A DNA stretch of 64,000 nt from an uncultured Acidobacteriota bacterium (GTDB lineage Bacteria; Acidobacteriota; Thermoanaerobaculia; UBA5066; Gp7-AA6), in assembly GCA_963707935.1 (NCBI GenBank), contig CAVPRN010000001.1, positions 145,554-209,553 on the forward strand. The letters are read 5' to 3'. The translations under genes were made by a program, and so were the position numbers. Numbering within the stretch: the stretch's first letter is position 1; every line of letters starts with the position of its first letter. A model generated the notes under the pieces. It saw only the letters and a list, made by a program, of their open reading frames with translations, ran no database searches and was not told the DNA's origin. Positions 47,135 to 57,337 of this stretch are shown in pieces.

Positions 47135-49864
47135 CTACTTCTTCAGCCCCGCCGTCCAGTTCTGAACGACCGTGATGGCGCTCTGCTCCTCCGGTACGAT
47201 CGTGTTGATCAGGAATCGCTGCCCATCGGCGGATACGTCGTACTGGGACCCGGCGTCGGTCGAACGGATCTGCGTGCGGAAGAGGGGCTTCGGCGCGCCG
47301 ATCTCGAAGGCCGATCCCGCCTGGACCTCGACGGTCATGAGCGTCTTGTCGGGCGCAATGTAGAAGACTTCCCTGCCGTCGCGGCGCCATCTCGGATAGG
47401 AGCCGCCTCCGTTCGAGACCTGCCATTTGCCCGAAGAGCCCTGAAACGGCCGAACGTACACCTCCGGCCTCCCGGACTCGTCCGACGTGTAGGCAATCCA
47501 CCGGCCGTCGGGAGAAAACTGCGGGGACCACTCCTGGAACGGCGTGGCCAGAAAGGGCCTCTCCTTCCGATCTGTGAAGGAGAAGATCCAGAGATCGAGA
47601 CCGGTGTTCGCCTGGGCGGAGTTGGCCTGGAACGCGATGAGTCCGCCGTCCGGCGACCAATCGGTGGGAAACCGGAAAGTCGCCGCCGGGGGCAGCAGGA
47701 GTTCGTCGTCTCCGGACCCCGAGGTCGCCCGCTGATAGATGTTGTGCCTCCCCTTTCGATTCGAAGCGAACGCGATCCGGCCGCCGTCGGGCGACCAGAC
47801 CGGGAAGAGGTTGACGGCGGGCTCGAAAGTGAATCGCGTCGAAACGCGCCGCGGCAGATCGTAGAGCCACAGGTCCAGGAGGGCCGTTTGACCATCGAGC
47901 AGAGCGGACACGACCCGCCGGCCGTCGCGCGAGATGCGAGGGTGAGTGTGGGCGGCGACCTGTCCGATCGACTCGATCGCTTTCCCGGTGCGGTCGAACC
48001 ATTGGAGCCGCGACGGGTCCCCCTGCGCGCCCGTCTGGTAGGCGAGGAGGCCGTTGTCGGAGACGGAGAACGTTCCCGACCCCTGGGCCCCGAAATACAG
48101 GACGTTCTCCGCCACGGGCGCCGCCTCGCCCGTGAACTCCAGCCGCCCGGAGTCGAAAGGCCGCGCGAGAAGCGTCGAGCCGCGCATGAAGAGAAGATGC
48201 CCGCGGGAAAGGCTCGAGGAAGGGGAATACGCGGCGTTCCCCCGCCCGGACTGGAGGAGCTTCACCTCTTTCGAATCGAGCGATCCCACGTAGAGACCGT
48301 TGATTGAATCCGGCCTGGCTTCCGCGCCCAGGAAACCGACGTAGAGGAAGTGGCGGCCGTCCGGCAGGAAGACCGGCCAGACATGCTGGTACTCGCCCCT
48401 GCCCGGGCCCAGGGACGTGACGGCGGCGGCGCCACCGCCCGAAGCGGAGACGCGATAGACCGGATCCTGGAAGGCAGGAACGAAGAGGATCACGCCGTCG
48501 CGACTCCACGTCCCGCCCCGGCCGCTCGGAGCGGCCGCGAGCGTCTGAGGAGGACCTCCCGAGGCCTCGACCCTCTTCAACTTCCCGCCGGCGAAGAAGC
48601 CGATCGAGCGGCTGTCCGGAGACCAGAACGGGCGCGTAGCCCCCTCGGTACCCGGCAGGGCCTGGGCCGAGGCGGAAGCGAACGGCCGGACCCAGAGCCG
48701 TGTCACGCCTTCCGTGGACTCCGCCGTGAAGGCAATTCGGCGGCCGTCCGGAGAGACCGCCGGGGGAGATCCTCGAAAAACGAACTGGTTCTTTTCCGGC
48801 GGAAGGATCGAGGCCTCGAACCGGGCCTGCGGCGCGGGGCGCTGGCGCAGGAGCAGAAACCCCAGCACCAGTGCGGCCGACGCGGCGGCCGCGAAAGCGA
48901 GCAGGGCCAAACGCTCGCGTCCTTTTCGAGGAAGGACATGGGGCACCGGAAGGCCCGCCTCCGATCCTTCCGCGATCCCCTTGAGCTGTTTCCCGACGTC
49001 GCCGGCCGATTGCCAGCGATCTTCCGGGTCCTTGGCGAGGCAGCCTCGGACGACGCGGTCGAGCGACGGCGGCGTCGTGGGCTGCACCTGCGAGATCGAT
49101 TGCGGCTCGTCCCGCAGGATCGCCGATATGAGACTCGCCTGGCTGTTCCCCGAGAACGCCTTCCGCCCCGTCGCCATCTCGTAGAGCGTCGCGCCGAGAG
49201 CGAAGATGTCCGTCCGCGCGTTGGCGTCCCTGCCCTCGAGCTGTTCGGGCGCCATGTACTGGAAGGTGCCGAGGATCGTGCCTTCCTGAGTGAGCCCCTG
49301 CACCGTCGGAAGAGCCGTAAGGCTGTACTTCGCCATGGGATGTTGCCCTGCGGCCGCTTGCTCTCTCCCGGCCGCGTCGAGCGGCCGCTCAAATGTCTTC
49401 GCGAGCCCGAAGTCGAGGAGCTTCACCCCCGACTTCGTCAGCATCACGTTGCCGGGTTTGAGATCCCGGTGCACGATCCCCTGACGGTGTGCCTTGTCCA
49501 GCGCGTCGGCGATCTCCTGGCCGTAGCGCAGCGTTTGTTCGAGCGGCAGCGCTCCCTTCGCCAGACGCTCCGTCAGCGTCTCGCCTTCCAGGAGCTCCAT
49601 GACGAGGTATTCCGTCTCGCCTTCGCGGCCGACGTCGTAGAGCGCGCAGATGTGCGGATGGGAGAGCTGGGAGATCGTCTTCGCCTCGCGTTCGAAGCGC
49701 TGGCGCACCTCCGGGGACGAGGACATCGCGGAGGGGAGCACCTTGATCGCCACCGCGCGATCGAGCCGCGTATCCCGCGCCCTGTAGACTTCCCCCATCC
49801 CTCCCGCGCCCAGAGGCGACTGGATCTCGTAAGGGCCGAGTTTCGTTCCAGCGATGAGCGTCAT
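47135..49864 (-). CDS. K6: Ser/Thr protein kinase - TM - TolB/PD40 beta-propeller receptor (extra insert after DFG)
   Basis: I take the start as the ATG at 49864 (MTLIAGTKLGPYEIQ). The track start at 49933 reads through a REP hairpin. Between DFGLAK and the GTFQYMAPEQ segment there is an insert, FERPLDAAGREQAAAGQHPMAKYS, that is absent from the other paralogs. Confidence 0.9.
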   Translation of the reverse strand: MTLIAGTKLGPYEIQSPLGAGGMGEVYRARDTRLDRAVAIKVLPSAMSSSPEVRQRFEREAKTISQLSHPHICALYDVGREGETEYLVMELLEGETLTERLAKGALPLEQTLRYGQEIADALDKAHRQGIVHRDLKPGNVMLTKSGVKLLDFGLAKTFERPLDAAGREQAAAGQHPMAKYSLTALPTVQGLTQEGTILGTFQYMAPEQLEGRDANARTDIFALGATLYEMATGRKAFSGNSQASLISAILRDEPQSISQVQPTTPPSLDRVVRGCLAKDPEDRWQSAGDVGKQLKGIAEGSEAGLPVPHVLPRKGRERLALLAFAAAASAALVLGFLLLRQRPAPQARFEASILPPEKNQFVFRGSPPAVSPDGRRIAFTAESTEGVTRLWVRPFASASAQALPGTEGATRPFWSPDSRSIGFFAGGKLKRVEASGGPPQTLAAAPSGRGGTWSRDGVILFVPAFQDPVYRVSASGGGAAAVTSLGPGRGEYQHVWPVFLPDGRHFLYVGFLGAEARPDSINGLYVGSLDSKEVKLLQSGRGNAAYSPSSSLSRGHLLFMRGSTLLARPFDSGRLEFTGEAAPVAENVLYFGAQGSGTFSVSDNGLLAYQTGAQGDPSRLQWFDRTGKAIESIGQVAAHTHPRISRDGRRVVSALLDGQTALLDLWLYDLPRRVSTRFTFEPAVNLFPVWSPDGGRIAFASNRKGRHNIYQRATSGSGDDELLLPPAATFRFPTDWSPDGGLIAFQANSAQANTGLDLWIFSFTDRKERPFLATPFQEWSPQFSPDGRWIAYTSDESGRPEVYVRPFQGSSGKWQVSNGGGSYPRWRRDGREVFYIAPDKTLMTVEVQAGSAFEIGAPKPLFRTQIRSTDAGSQYDVSADGQRFLINTIVPEEQSAITVVQNWTAGLKK

Positions 49865-49893
49865 GGTCGTTCGCGGCGCGACCGAATTTCGCG

Positions 49894-49920
49894 GTAGGGG
49901 CGGGGCTTGTCCCCGCCCGC
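49894..49920. repeat. GC-rich hairpin (REP-like), same family as 5171-5197
   Basis: GTAGGGGCGGGGCTTGTCCCCGCCCGC, located 30 nt upstream of the K6 ATG. Confidence 0.5.
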
Positions 49921-49979
49921 GTTCACCGACCAAAAACGACTCGCGCCGCCGAGACTCGTGCCTACCGGGAGCACCCCGA

Positions 49980-50001
49980 CCCTCTCCCCGCGGGGAGAGG
50001 G
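49980..50001. repeat. GC-rich perfect palindrome
   Basis: CCCTCTCCCCGCGGGGAGAGGG, in the 278-nt spacer between DinB and K6. Confidence 0.45.
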
Positions 50002-50142
50002 GAAGACGAGCAACCGAAGGCGACGGGAGAGACCCAGACGGAGTCCAGGCGAGAGTGTCATGCGAGGTACGCCAACCCCGATTCTAGTTCGACGGTCGCG
50101 TCGATCGGGCGGCGCTTCCCCGCGCGGGGGAGCCCGAGCGCG

Positions 50143-50661
50143 CTACTTCACGCCCCTGGAGGGGTCCCAGGAGCCCTGCTGCTTTCGGATGTAGAGGATC
50201 TGGCCCGTGTGGTACGCGTTATGCGTGCTGATGTGCGCGATCGTGCCGTACCAGGACTTCAACTTCGTCTCGTCCGCGGCCTCGATCAGCTTCTCCAACT
50301 CGGTCATCACGGCATCGAGTCGCTTGACCGCAGCCTCCCAGCTCGCCTTGTCGGAGATCGGCACGAACGTCGCATCGTTGTCGGTGTAGGCGGGCGGCTT
50401 CTCCCCCTTGAACTTGGCCAGGTTTGCCGTGTCCCAGTACACGAGATGGCTGACCAACTGCGCGATCGAGTGATTCGCCGTTCCCTCCTTCCACGTCGCC
50501 TGCTCGAAAGTGAGTCCATCGACAGCTTTGCTGGCGGGGACGAACCAGTCCTGGTTGTTGTGCGTGGTCTTCAGCTGCTCGAGCAGGATGGACTTCAGGG
50601 TCGGCGCGGGCGCGGAGGGCGTCTGGGCGAGCAGGAGAACGGCCATAAGGATCGTGTTCAT
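50143..50661 (-). CDS. DinB-family protein with N-terminal signal-like segment
   Basis: ATG at 50661 (GGAG RBS). MNTILMAVLLLAQTPSAPAP. DinB His motifs HSIAQLVSHLVYW and HNAYHTGQILYIRK. Confidence 0.75.
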   Translation of the reverse strand: MNTILMAVLLLAQTPSAPAPTLKSILLEQLKTTHNNQDWFVPASKAVDGLTFEQATWKEGTANHSIAQLVSHLVYWDTANLAKFKGEKPPAYTDNDATFVPISDKASWEAAVKRLDAVMTELEKLIEAADETKLKSWYGTIAHISTHNAYHTGQILYIRKQQGSWDPSRGVK

Positions 50662-50786
50662 GAAGGCTCCTTCACATGGGTGTCGTGCTTCCTCTCCGGC
50701 GGAGCGTCCCTTCGCACCCACGAACTTTCAATATCCACCTCGGGAGGAACACGCATGACCACTATGGGCTGCCGGAAAAACCCGGT

Positions 50787-53450
50787 TCACGGGCGTCCGG
50801 CCTCCGGGACGCGGCGCCGCAGCTCGCCCGAGAAATTGAGGACGACGTTCAAGTTCGTCGCAACCGACTCGAGGTTGCGTTGAACCATGACGAATCGCCG
50901 GTCGTCGGGCGATACGTCGTAGGCCGCCTCGCCACGCCGCGTCGGCACGAAGTGGCCTTGGAAGAGCACATGCGGAGTCTCCACGTCAAAGCCCCGGGTT
51001 GAAGCGACACGAACCGCCATCATCCTGTCGCCGATGCGATAGAAGATCTCGTTTCCGGCGTGAGACCAGACCGGCTCCGTCCCGCCCGACACCGAAATCT
51101 GCCACTTGCCTCCCGGGCCGGGGAAAGGCTGCACGTACACTTCGTCGCGTCCCGACTCGTTGGAAACGTAGGCGAGCCAGCGGCCGTCGGGGGAGAAGCG
51201 GGCTCCTCGCTCGTGGAAAAGAGTGCGCAGCCACGGGCGCCGTTCGGCCTTCTCGCCGAGCGTCAACACCCAGATGTCGCCGGAGAAGGCGGGATCGTAG
51301 TCGTTGTACGCGAGCGTTCGGCCGTCGGGAGACCAGGAGCTGACGTGGGGATGCGTCTCGCTCTCCAGGATCCGCTCCTCGGAGCCGCTGCCGTCGTAGG
51401 GCTTCCAGTAGATGGCGCGAGCGTGGCCCCTGCGGTCGGCGCTGTAGGTCACCCGGGCGCCGTCGGGTGTCCAGACCGCCGTCTCGTCTTCCCCCGCCTC
51501 GAAGGTCAGTCGCGCCGACGTGGCTCGAGCGATGTCCAGGATCCAGATGTCCGGGTTGTCCCCCCGAAGCGAATAGGCGACTCGCTTCCCGTCGGGCGAA
51601 AAGCGGGGCTCCTCGTAGGCGCGCGGCTCGGAGGGAAGCGGCTCGACCCTGCCCTGCCGGTCCACCGAGACCAGGGTTGCTCTCGGCGGAGATCCGGGAA
51701 CGTAGGCGAGGGCCCCTCCCGCCGAGAGGCCAAACTGAGGGCTGGTGAACGGAGAGAGGGTCATCACGCCATCGAGAACGGAGACGGCGGGCCCGGTCAG
51801 CTTCTGGCTCTTCAGGTCGAAGGGCGCGGCGAAGAGCGAGCCCCCACGAGTGAAGACGAGGTAGCCCGATGGGGAGTAACGCGCGCCGTTTCCTTCCGTC
51901 AGATCGCGCCGTGCTCCCGTCTTGAGGGAGACGACGGATGCCCGCTGCGTGCCGAACAACGTGGTGAACAGGACCGCCTCGTTCCCCGGCAGGATTTCGG
52001 GCCAGAGAAAGCCGGTCTCGCCGCGCTTGACGTCCGGAACGATGAGGCCTTGAGACGTCCCGCCCGAGGCGGAAACGCGCCGGAGTCCGGAGGTGCCCGT
52101 GGCGAATACGATGGTGCCGTCCGAGCCCCAGCTCGCTCCCCGAACCTCGGCCGCCTCGCAGATCATCTGGGGGACTCCTCCTTCGACCGGGACCTTCATG
52201 AGCCTGTTTCCGACGAAGAAACCGAGCCACCGAGAGTCGGGGGAGAAGAAGGCGCTCGAAGCGCCTTCGCTTTCTCGAACGGGCGTCGCGTCGAGACGGT
52301 CGAGGGAGCGCATGTAGAGCTGAACCGTCCCGCCGTGTTCCGCGGCGTAGACCAGCCGAGTTCCATCGGGGGCGAACGCCACCGTCTGCGCGCCGTAGGA
52401 GGCAAGCGGCGCGTCGGGGGGAACGAGCATCGAAAGCCAGGCCGGCTTCGAACTCTCGCGAGCCGGCTTGATTCCCTGCCACAGCCAAAAGCCGAGCCCG
52501 GTCAGCAGGGCCCCCAGCGCGACGCCCGAGATTGCAGCCGCGACCCCCCGCCGCCCGCGGCGGCGCGAGACGGCCGGCGCCGAAACACCCGCCTGGGATC
52601 CTTCGGCGATCCACTTCAACTCGCTGCCGAGATCCGCGGCGCTCTGCCAGCGATCCTCCGGGTCCTTGGCGAGACACTTGCGCACGACGCGGTCGAGCGC
52701 GAGGGGCAGAAGCGGCGCGATCGTCGAGATCGGAGCCGGGTCCTCCTTCATGATCGCCGAGATGAGGGAGGCCTGGCTCACCCCGACGAACGCCTTCCGT
52801 CCCGTGGCCATCTCGTAGAGGACCGCGCCCAGCGCGAAGAGGTCGGTCCGCCCGTCGGCCTCTCTTCCTTCGAGCTGCTCGGGTGACATGTACTGGAACG
52901 TTCCGAGGATCGACCCTTCCTGCGTCAATCCCGCCTTCGTCGGCAGCGACGTCAGGCTCCCCTTCGGCGCCGCCGGCTCGAACGCCTTCGCGAGGCCGAA
53001 GTCGAGCAGCTTCACGCCCGACTTCGTCAGCATCACGTTGCCGGGCTTCAGGTCCCGGTGCACGATCCCCTGCCGGTGTGCCTTGTCGAGGGCCTCCGCG
53101 ATCTCCTGCCCGTATCGGAGCGTCTGCTCGAGCGGCAGCGCTCCCTTCGTCAGACGCTCCGTCAGCGTCTCGCCTTCGAGGAGCTCCATCACCAGGTACT
53201 CGGTCTCGCCCTCCCGGCCGACGTCGTAGAGGGCGCAGATGTGCGCGTGCGAGAGCTGCGAGATCGTCTTCGCCTCCCGCTCGAAACGCTGGCGCGCTTC
53301 GGGCGACGAGAGCCGGTCGGGCAGGACCTTGACCGCCACCGTCCGGTCGAGCCTCGTGTCCCGCGCCTTGTAGACCTCCCCCATCCCTCCTGCGCCGAGA
53401 GGCGCGAGGATCTCGTAGGGGCCGAGGCGAGCGCCCGCCGCCAGTGTCAT
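50787..53450 (-). CDS. K7: Ser/Thr protein kinase - TM - TolB/PD40 beta-propeller receptor
   Basis: GAGGMGEVY, VAVKVL, HRDLKPGNVMLT, DFGLAK, YMSPEQ. TM helix VAAAISGVALGALLTGLGFWLW. PD40 blades. Confidence 0.92.
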   Translation of the reverse strand: MTLAAGARLGPYEILAPLGAGGMGEVYKARDTRLDRTVAVKVLPDRLSSPEARQRFEREAKTISQLSHAHICALYDVGREGETEYLVMELLEGETLTERLTKGALPLEQTLRYGQEIAEALDKAHRQGIVHRDLKPGNVMLTKSGVKLLDFGLAKAFEPAAPKGSLTSLPTKAGLTQEGSILGTFQYMSPEQLEGREADGRTDLFALGAVLYEMATGRKAFVGVSQASLISAIMKEDPAPISTIAPLLPLALDRVVRKCLAKDPEDRWQSAADLGSELKWIAEGSQAGVSAPAVSRRRGRRGVAAAISGVALGALLTGLGFWLWQGIKPARESSKPAWLSMLVPPDAPLASYGAQTVAFAPDGTRLVYAAEHGGTVQLYMRSLDRLDATPVRESEGASSAFFSPDSRWLGFFVGNRLMKVPVEGGVPQMICEAAEVRGASWGSDGTIVFATGTSGLRRVSASGGTSQGLIVPDVKRGETGFLWPEILPGNEAVLFTTLFGTQRASVVSLKTGARRDLTEGNGARYSPSGYLVFTRGGSLFAAPFDLKSQKLTGPAVSVLDGVMTLSPFTSPQFGLSAGGALAYVPGSPPRATLVSVDRQGRVEPLPSEPRAYEEPRFSPDGKRVAYSLRGDNPDIWILDIARATSARLTFEAGEDETAVWTPDGARVTYSADRRGHARAIYWKPYDGSGSEERILESETHPHVSSWSPDGRTLAYNDYDPAFSGDIWVLTLGEKAERRPWLRTLFHERGARFSPDGRWLAYVSNESGRDEVYVQPFPGPGGKWQISVSGGTEPVWSHAGNEIFYRIGDRMMAVRVASTRGFDVETPHVLFQGHFVPTRRGEAAYDVSPDDRRFVMVQRNLESVATNLNVVLNFSGELRRRVPEAGRP

Positions 53451-53506
53451 GGAACCTCTGGCGGGATTCTATGGGAGCCGGGCGGACGCCCGGAGAAAGC
53501 GCGGCG

Positions 53507-53986
53507 TCAGGCGGAGCGGCGGGCCCTCTCGGCGGTGGGGGGCTTGGCGACCATGTGGATCTCGGTGCCGCCCTTCTCGAAGCGGACCTCGTCCATCAAC
53601 TGGTTGATGAGGTAGATGCCGCGGCCGCCGGTCGAGAACAGGTTCTGGCCGACGATGGGACTCGGGATCTGCGCCGGATCGAAGCCCGGGCCCGGGTCGC
53701 GCACGACGATCAACATCCCGCGCGCGTGGTCGCAGGCCACACAGCACTGGACTTCCTTGGAGGGGTCGTGGCCGCTGCCGTGCTCGATCGCGTTGGCCAG
53801 GGCCTCGCGCAGCGCCAGTTCGATCTCGAACTCCTTGCCCGCGGCGCAGCCCATGTCGGTGACGATCCGCATCACGCTCTCGACGACCGGAGAGATCGCG
53901 TTGACGTCTCCGGGGAGCTTCAAGTCGACCTTGACGAGCAGGTCCTCGCTGTTGAAGTCGCAGCGCGTCAGCGGCTGGTCGGACAT
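53507..53986 (-). CDS. RsbW/SpoIIAB-like anti-sigma-factor serine kinase (HATPase_c_2)
   Basis: 159 aa. N-box EALANAIEHG, G1 box VRDPGPGFD, G2 box GGRGIYLINQLMDEV. Confidence 0.8.
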   Translation of the reverse strand: MSDQPLTRCDFNSEDLLVKVDLKLPGDVNAISPVVESVMRIVTDMGCAAGKEFEIELALREALANAIEHGSGHDPSKEVQCCVACDHARGMLIVVRDPGPGFDPAQIPSPIVGQNLFSTGGRGIYLINQLMDEVRFEKGGTEIHMVAKPPTAERARRSA

Positions 53987-54058
53987 GGCGTCCCTCCGTC
54001 GGCTGGAAGGATTCTATGACCTCGAGACCCGGAAGGATCTAGCACTTTCTGGCCAAAT

Positions 54059-56731
54059 TCAGCGGCCGAGGTCGGCGAACCAGTTCAGGACGACCGTGGT
54101 CGGGGTCATGGCTTCTTTCCCGAGGGGTGCGACGATCAGGAAACGCTGGCCGTCGGGCGCCGGAAGGTACTTGTTCCGGGCGATTCCCGACTCGAAGCGT
54201 CCCACAAAGAGTGGTTTCGGGACGCCGGCCTGAAAACCCCCGTCGGCCCGAATCTCGACGGCCATGATCCTCTGGTCGGGTGCGCGATAGAAGAGCTCCT
54301 TGCCGTCGGCTCGCCAGTGCGGCTCGCCGCCGCCAGCCGTCGAGATCTGCCACTTCCCCCCGGGACCGGGGAAACTCTGAACATAGACTTCGTTGCGACC
54401 CGACTCACTCGACACGTATGCGAGAGAGCGGCTGTCCGGCGAGAAGACCGGGATGAGCTCGGGAAACGGTGTCTTCACGAACGGCGTCGCCTTGCCTTCG
54501 CCCACCGCGGGCAAGATCCAGATGTCCCAGCCCGTCTCCTTTCCGCGGCTCATGAAAGCGATGGACTTCCCGTCACGCGACCAGTCGCACATGACCTTCG
54601 TCTCCTCCGTTTTCAACAGGAGCTTCTCCTCTCCCTGCCCATCGGCCGCCTTTTCGTAGATATCGGCCGAGCCTTCGCGATCGACCGTGTAGGCGATCCG
54701 CTTCCCGTCGGGGGACCAGACCGGACAGTAGGCGTCCCCCTTGCCGAAAGTGAACCGGGAGTTGACGCCCCGTGCCAGGTCCCGGACCCAGATGTCGCCC
54801 TTCCCGCTGCGCGGGTCCGAGAGGTCGAAAGCGAGCCGATCGCCGCTCGGCGAAACGTTGGGGTTGTGGTACTCGCCCGGATCGCCAAGCGTGGCCTGCT
54901 CTTTTCCGTTCCGGTCCATCCAGACCAGCCGGTCCCCCGACTCCCCGGTGCGATAGACGAGAGTGCCCTCGCGGGAGACGGAGAAGCGCGCCAGGCCGAC
55001 CGAGTTCGTGCCGACCTGCTCGGCCAATGGGACCGGCTCTCCGGTCGTCTTTCCGCTCTTCGCATCGAAGGGCTGCGCCACGAGCGTCTTGTCCCTCACG
55101 AATAGAAGAGAGCCGGGTCGCGCAAACGTCACGAGCGTCTGCGCCGACGCGACCGCATGGGTCTCCTTCGAGTCGAGCGAGGCGAAGCGATAGACATTGT
55201 CCTCGGGCTTCTGGCCGCTCGCCATGTAGAGGAAGTGATGTCCGTCCGGAAGGAACTCGGGCCAGGCCACCGAGGTCTCTTTGCGGGTCGGATCGGCTTT
55301 CACGGCGGCGACCGGCGTTCCTCCGGCCGCCGAAACGCGGTAGATGGGATCGTTGCCCTGTCCGTCGAAGAGAATCACGCCTTCCGAGCTCCAGGTGCCG
55401 TCGGAGCCCGTTGGCGCGTCGCAGATCTTCTGCGGCGGCCCGCCGGAGACATCGATCTTCTTCAGCTTGCCCTCGGCCACGAAACCCAGGAACCGGCTGT
55501 CGGGCGACCAGAAGGGCCGTGTCGTTCCCTCCGTTCCGGCCAGCGGCTGGGCCGACAGGGCGCTCAAAGGCCGCACCCAGATTCGGCTCTTACCGGCCGC
55601 GTCGGTCGCATTGAACGCCAGGTAGCGCCCGTCCGGCGAGACCCGCGGAGTGTCGATCGAGGTGACTTCTTCCGGCGTGTTGATCTCGAACCGGACCGTG
55701 CGAGGCGCCTTCGGCGCGCGCTTCCAGAAACCGAATCCGAGCGCGGCCGCCGCCAGCAGCCCCGCCGCCGCGACGGCCCAGGCGAGTTTCTCGCGGCTCC
55801 TGCGGCGCGCGGCGACCGGCGCGGGCACCCCGGCCAGCGAGCCCCCCTCCGCGATCCACTGGAGCTGCATCATCACGTCGTGCGCGGTGTGCCAGCGCTC
55901 CTCGGGCTCCTTGGCGAGGCAGCCCTTGACGACGCGGTCGAGCGCGGGCGGCACCATCGGCTGGATGCTCGAGATCGCCGGCGGCTCGGAATTCATGATC
56001 GAGCCGATCAGGCTCGCCTGGCTCTTGCCGGAGAAGGCCTTGCGGCCCGTCAACATCTCGTAGAGCACGCAGCCGAAGGAGAAGAGGTCGCTCCGCGCGT
56101 CGGCCTCCCCGCCCTCGAGTTGCTCGGGGGACATGTACTGGAAGGTGCCGAGGATCGTTCCCCGGGTCGTCAGCGGCTGGCTCTCCTGAAGCGCGGTCGG
56201 AAGGCTCGTCGCCGCGGAGACGACGTCCTGCGCCGGGGCGGCCTGGAGCTTCGCGAGGCCGAAGTCGAGGAGCTTCACGCCCGACTTGGTCAGCATGATG
56301 TTGCCCGGCTTCAGGTCCCGGTGCACGATGCCGGCCTTGTGCGCGGCGTCGAGCGCGCCGGCGATCTCGATGCCGACCTTCAGGGCCTGCTCGACCGGCA
56401 GGGCTCCCCCCTTGCCGAGCCGATCCGCGAGCGTCTCTCCCTCGATCAGCTCCATGACCAGGTAGTCGGTCCCGTCCTGGTGCCCGACGTCGTGGAGCGT
56501 GCAGATGTGGGGGTGAGAGAGCTGCGAGATCGTCTTCGCCTCGCGCTCGAGCCGCTGGCGCAGCTCCGGGGAAGCGGCCATGCTTTGCGGCAGCACCTTG
56601 ACGGCGACGTCGCGGCCGAGCCGCGTGTCGCGCGCCCGGTAGACCTCTCCCATCCCTCCCGCGCCGAGCGGAGACACGATCTCGTAGGGTCCGAGACGGC
56701 TGCCGGCTTCGATCGTCATGTTCCCCTCCAC
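54059..56731 (-). CDS. K8: Ser/Thr protein kinase - TM - TolB/PD40 beta-propeller receptor (most divergent of the complete copies in the main block)
   Basis: GAGGMGEVY, VAVKVL, HRDLKPGNIMLT, DFGLAK, YMSPEQ. TM helix LAWAVAAAGLLAAAALGFGFW. PD40 blades. The start may be Met5 (56719). Confidence 0.9.
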   Translation of the reverse strand: MEGNMTIEAGSRLGPYEIVSPLGAGGMGEVYRARDTRLGRDVAVKVLPQSMAASPELRQRLEREAKTISQLSHPHICTLHDVGHQDGTDYLVMELIEGETLADRLGKGGALPVEQALKVGIEIAGALDAAHKAGIVHRDLKPGNIMLTKSGVKLLDFGLAKLQAAPAQDVVSAATSLPTALQESQPLTTRGTILGTFQYMSPEQLEGGEADARSDLFSFGCVLYEMLTGRKAFSGKSQASLIGSIMNSEPPAISSIQPMVPPALDRVVKGCLAKEPEERWHTAHDVMMQLQWIAEGGSLAGVPAPVAARRRSREKLAWAVAAAGLLAAAALGFGFWKRAPKAPRTVRFEINTPEEVTSIDTPRVSPDGRYLAFNATDAAGKSRIWVRPLSALSAQPLAGTEGTTRPFWSPDSRFLGFVAEGKLKKIDVSGGPPQKICDAPTGSDGTWSSEGVILFDGQGNDPIYRVSAAGGTPVAAVKADPTRKETSVAWPEFLPDGHHFLYMASGQKPEDNVYRFASLDSKETHAVASAQTLVTFARPGSLLFVRDKTLVAQPFDAKSGKTTGEPVPLAEQVGTNSVGLARFSVSREGTLVYRTGESGDRLVWMDRNGKEQATLGDPGEYHNPNVSPSGDRLAFDLSDPRSGKGDIWVRDLARGVNSRFTFGKGDAYCPVWSPDGKRIAYTVDREGSADIYEKAADGQGEEKLLLKTEETKVMCDWSRDGKSIAFMSRGKETGWDIWILPAVGEGKATPFVKTPFPELIPVFSPDSRSLAYVSSESGRNEVYVQSFPGPGGKWQISTAGGGEPHWRADGKELFYRAPDQRIMAVEIRADGGFQAGVPKPLFVGRFESGIARNKYLPAPDGQRFLIVAPLGKEAMTPTTVVLNWFADLGR

Positions 56732-56816
56732 CCGATCGCCGAGGTTCCGACCTCCCGTCCGATCGGGCGACGGCTCGAGGCGACCGCGGCTTTTCGAAGG
56801 CGATTCGGCGGAAAGA

Positions 56817-57275
56817 CTACCGCAACTCGGCCGAGGCGGAGCGCGCCGGCGAGCCGGGGAGGGCGGCGATCAGGAAGGCCAGGAAGGTCACGGCGACGCA
56901 GACGAGCGGGGGCAGGAAGAAGTAGGCGACGTTGATCGCGAGCAGCGAGCCCATCGCGGCCGCGTAGGCGAGTCGCAGGCGCCTCGACAGGACGGCGTCC
57001 TGCGGCGGCCGGGCGGCGAGGAGGAGCGCGATCACCCCGGCGAAGAGGAGGAAGAGGGAGAAAGACAGACTGAAGCCGTTCAAGAAGTCCATCGTCGTCC
57101 GGTGGAAGCCCGCCCCCCAGTCCTTCCGGTAGGTGGTCATGAGATCGAAGAGCGTCCGCTCGATCTCGTTCGCCGGGGCCGGCCTGGGAGCGAAGTGGCC
57201 GGCGAGATGGATTCCGGAAGTCGCGATACAGGCCCAGGCCCCGATGCGAAAGAACGTACCCTGGCGCTTCGTCAT
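56817..57275 (-). CDS. Hypothetical four-TM membrane protein
   Basis: 152 aa with four hydrophobic segments. No family recognised. Confidence 0.5.
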   Translation of the reverse strand: MTKRQGTFFRIGAWACIATSGIHLAGHFAPRPAPANEIERTLFDLMTTYRKDWGAGFHRTTMDFLNGFSLSFSLFLLFAGVIALLLAARPPQDAVLSRRLRLAYAAAMGSLLAINVAYFFLPPLVCVAVTFLAFLIAALPGSPARSASAELR

Positions 57276-57337
57276 GGCTCCGCCTTCCGTTTCCGGTCTA
57301 GAGTTGCGGCGAGGATATCGCTCGAAGAGGAGAGACC

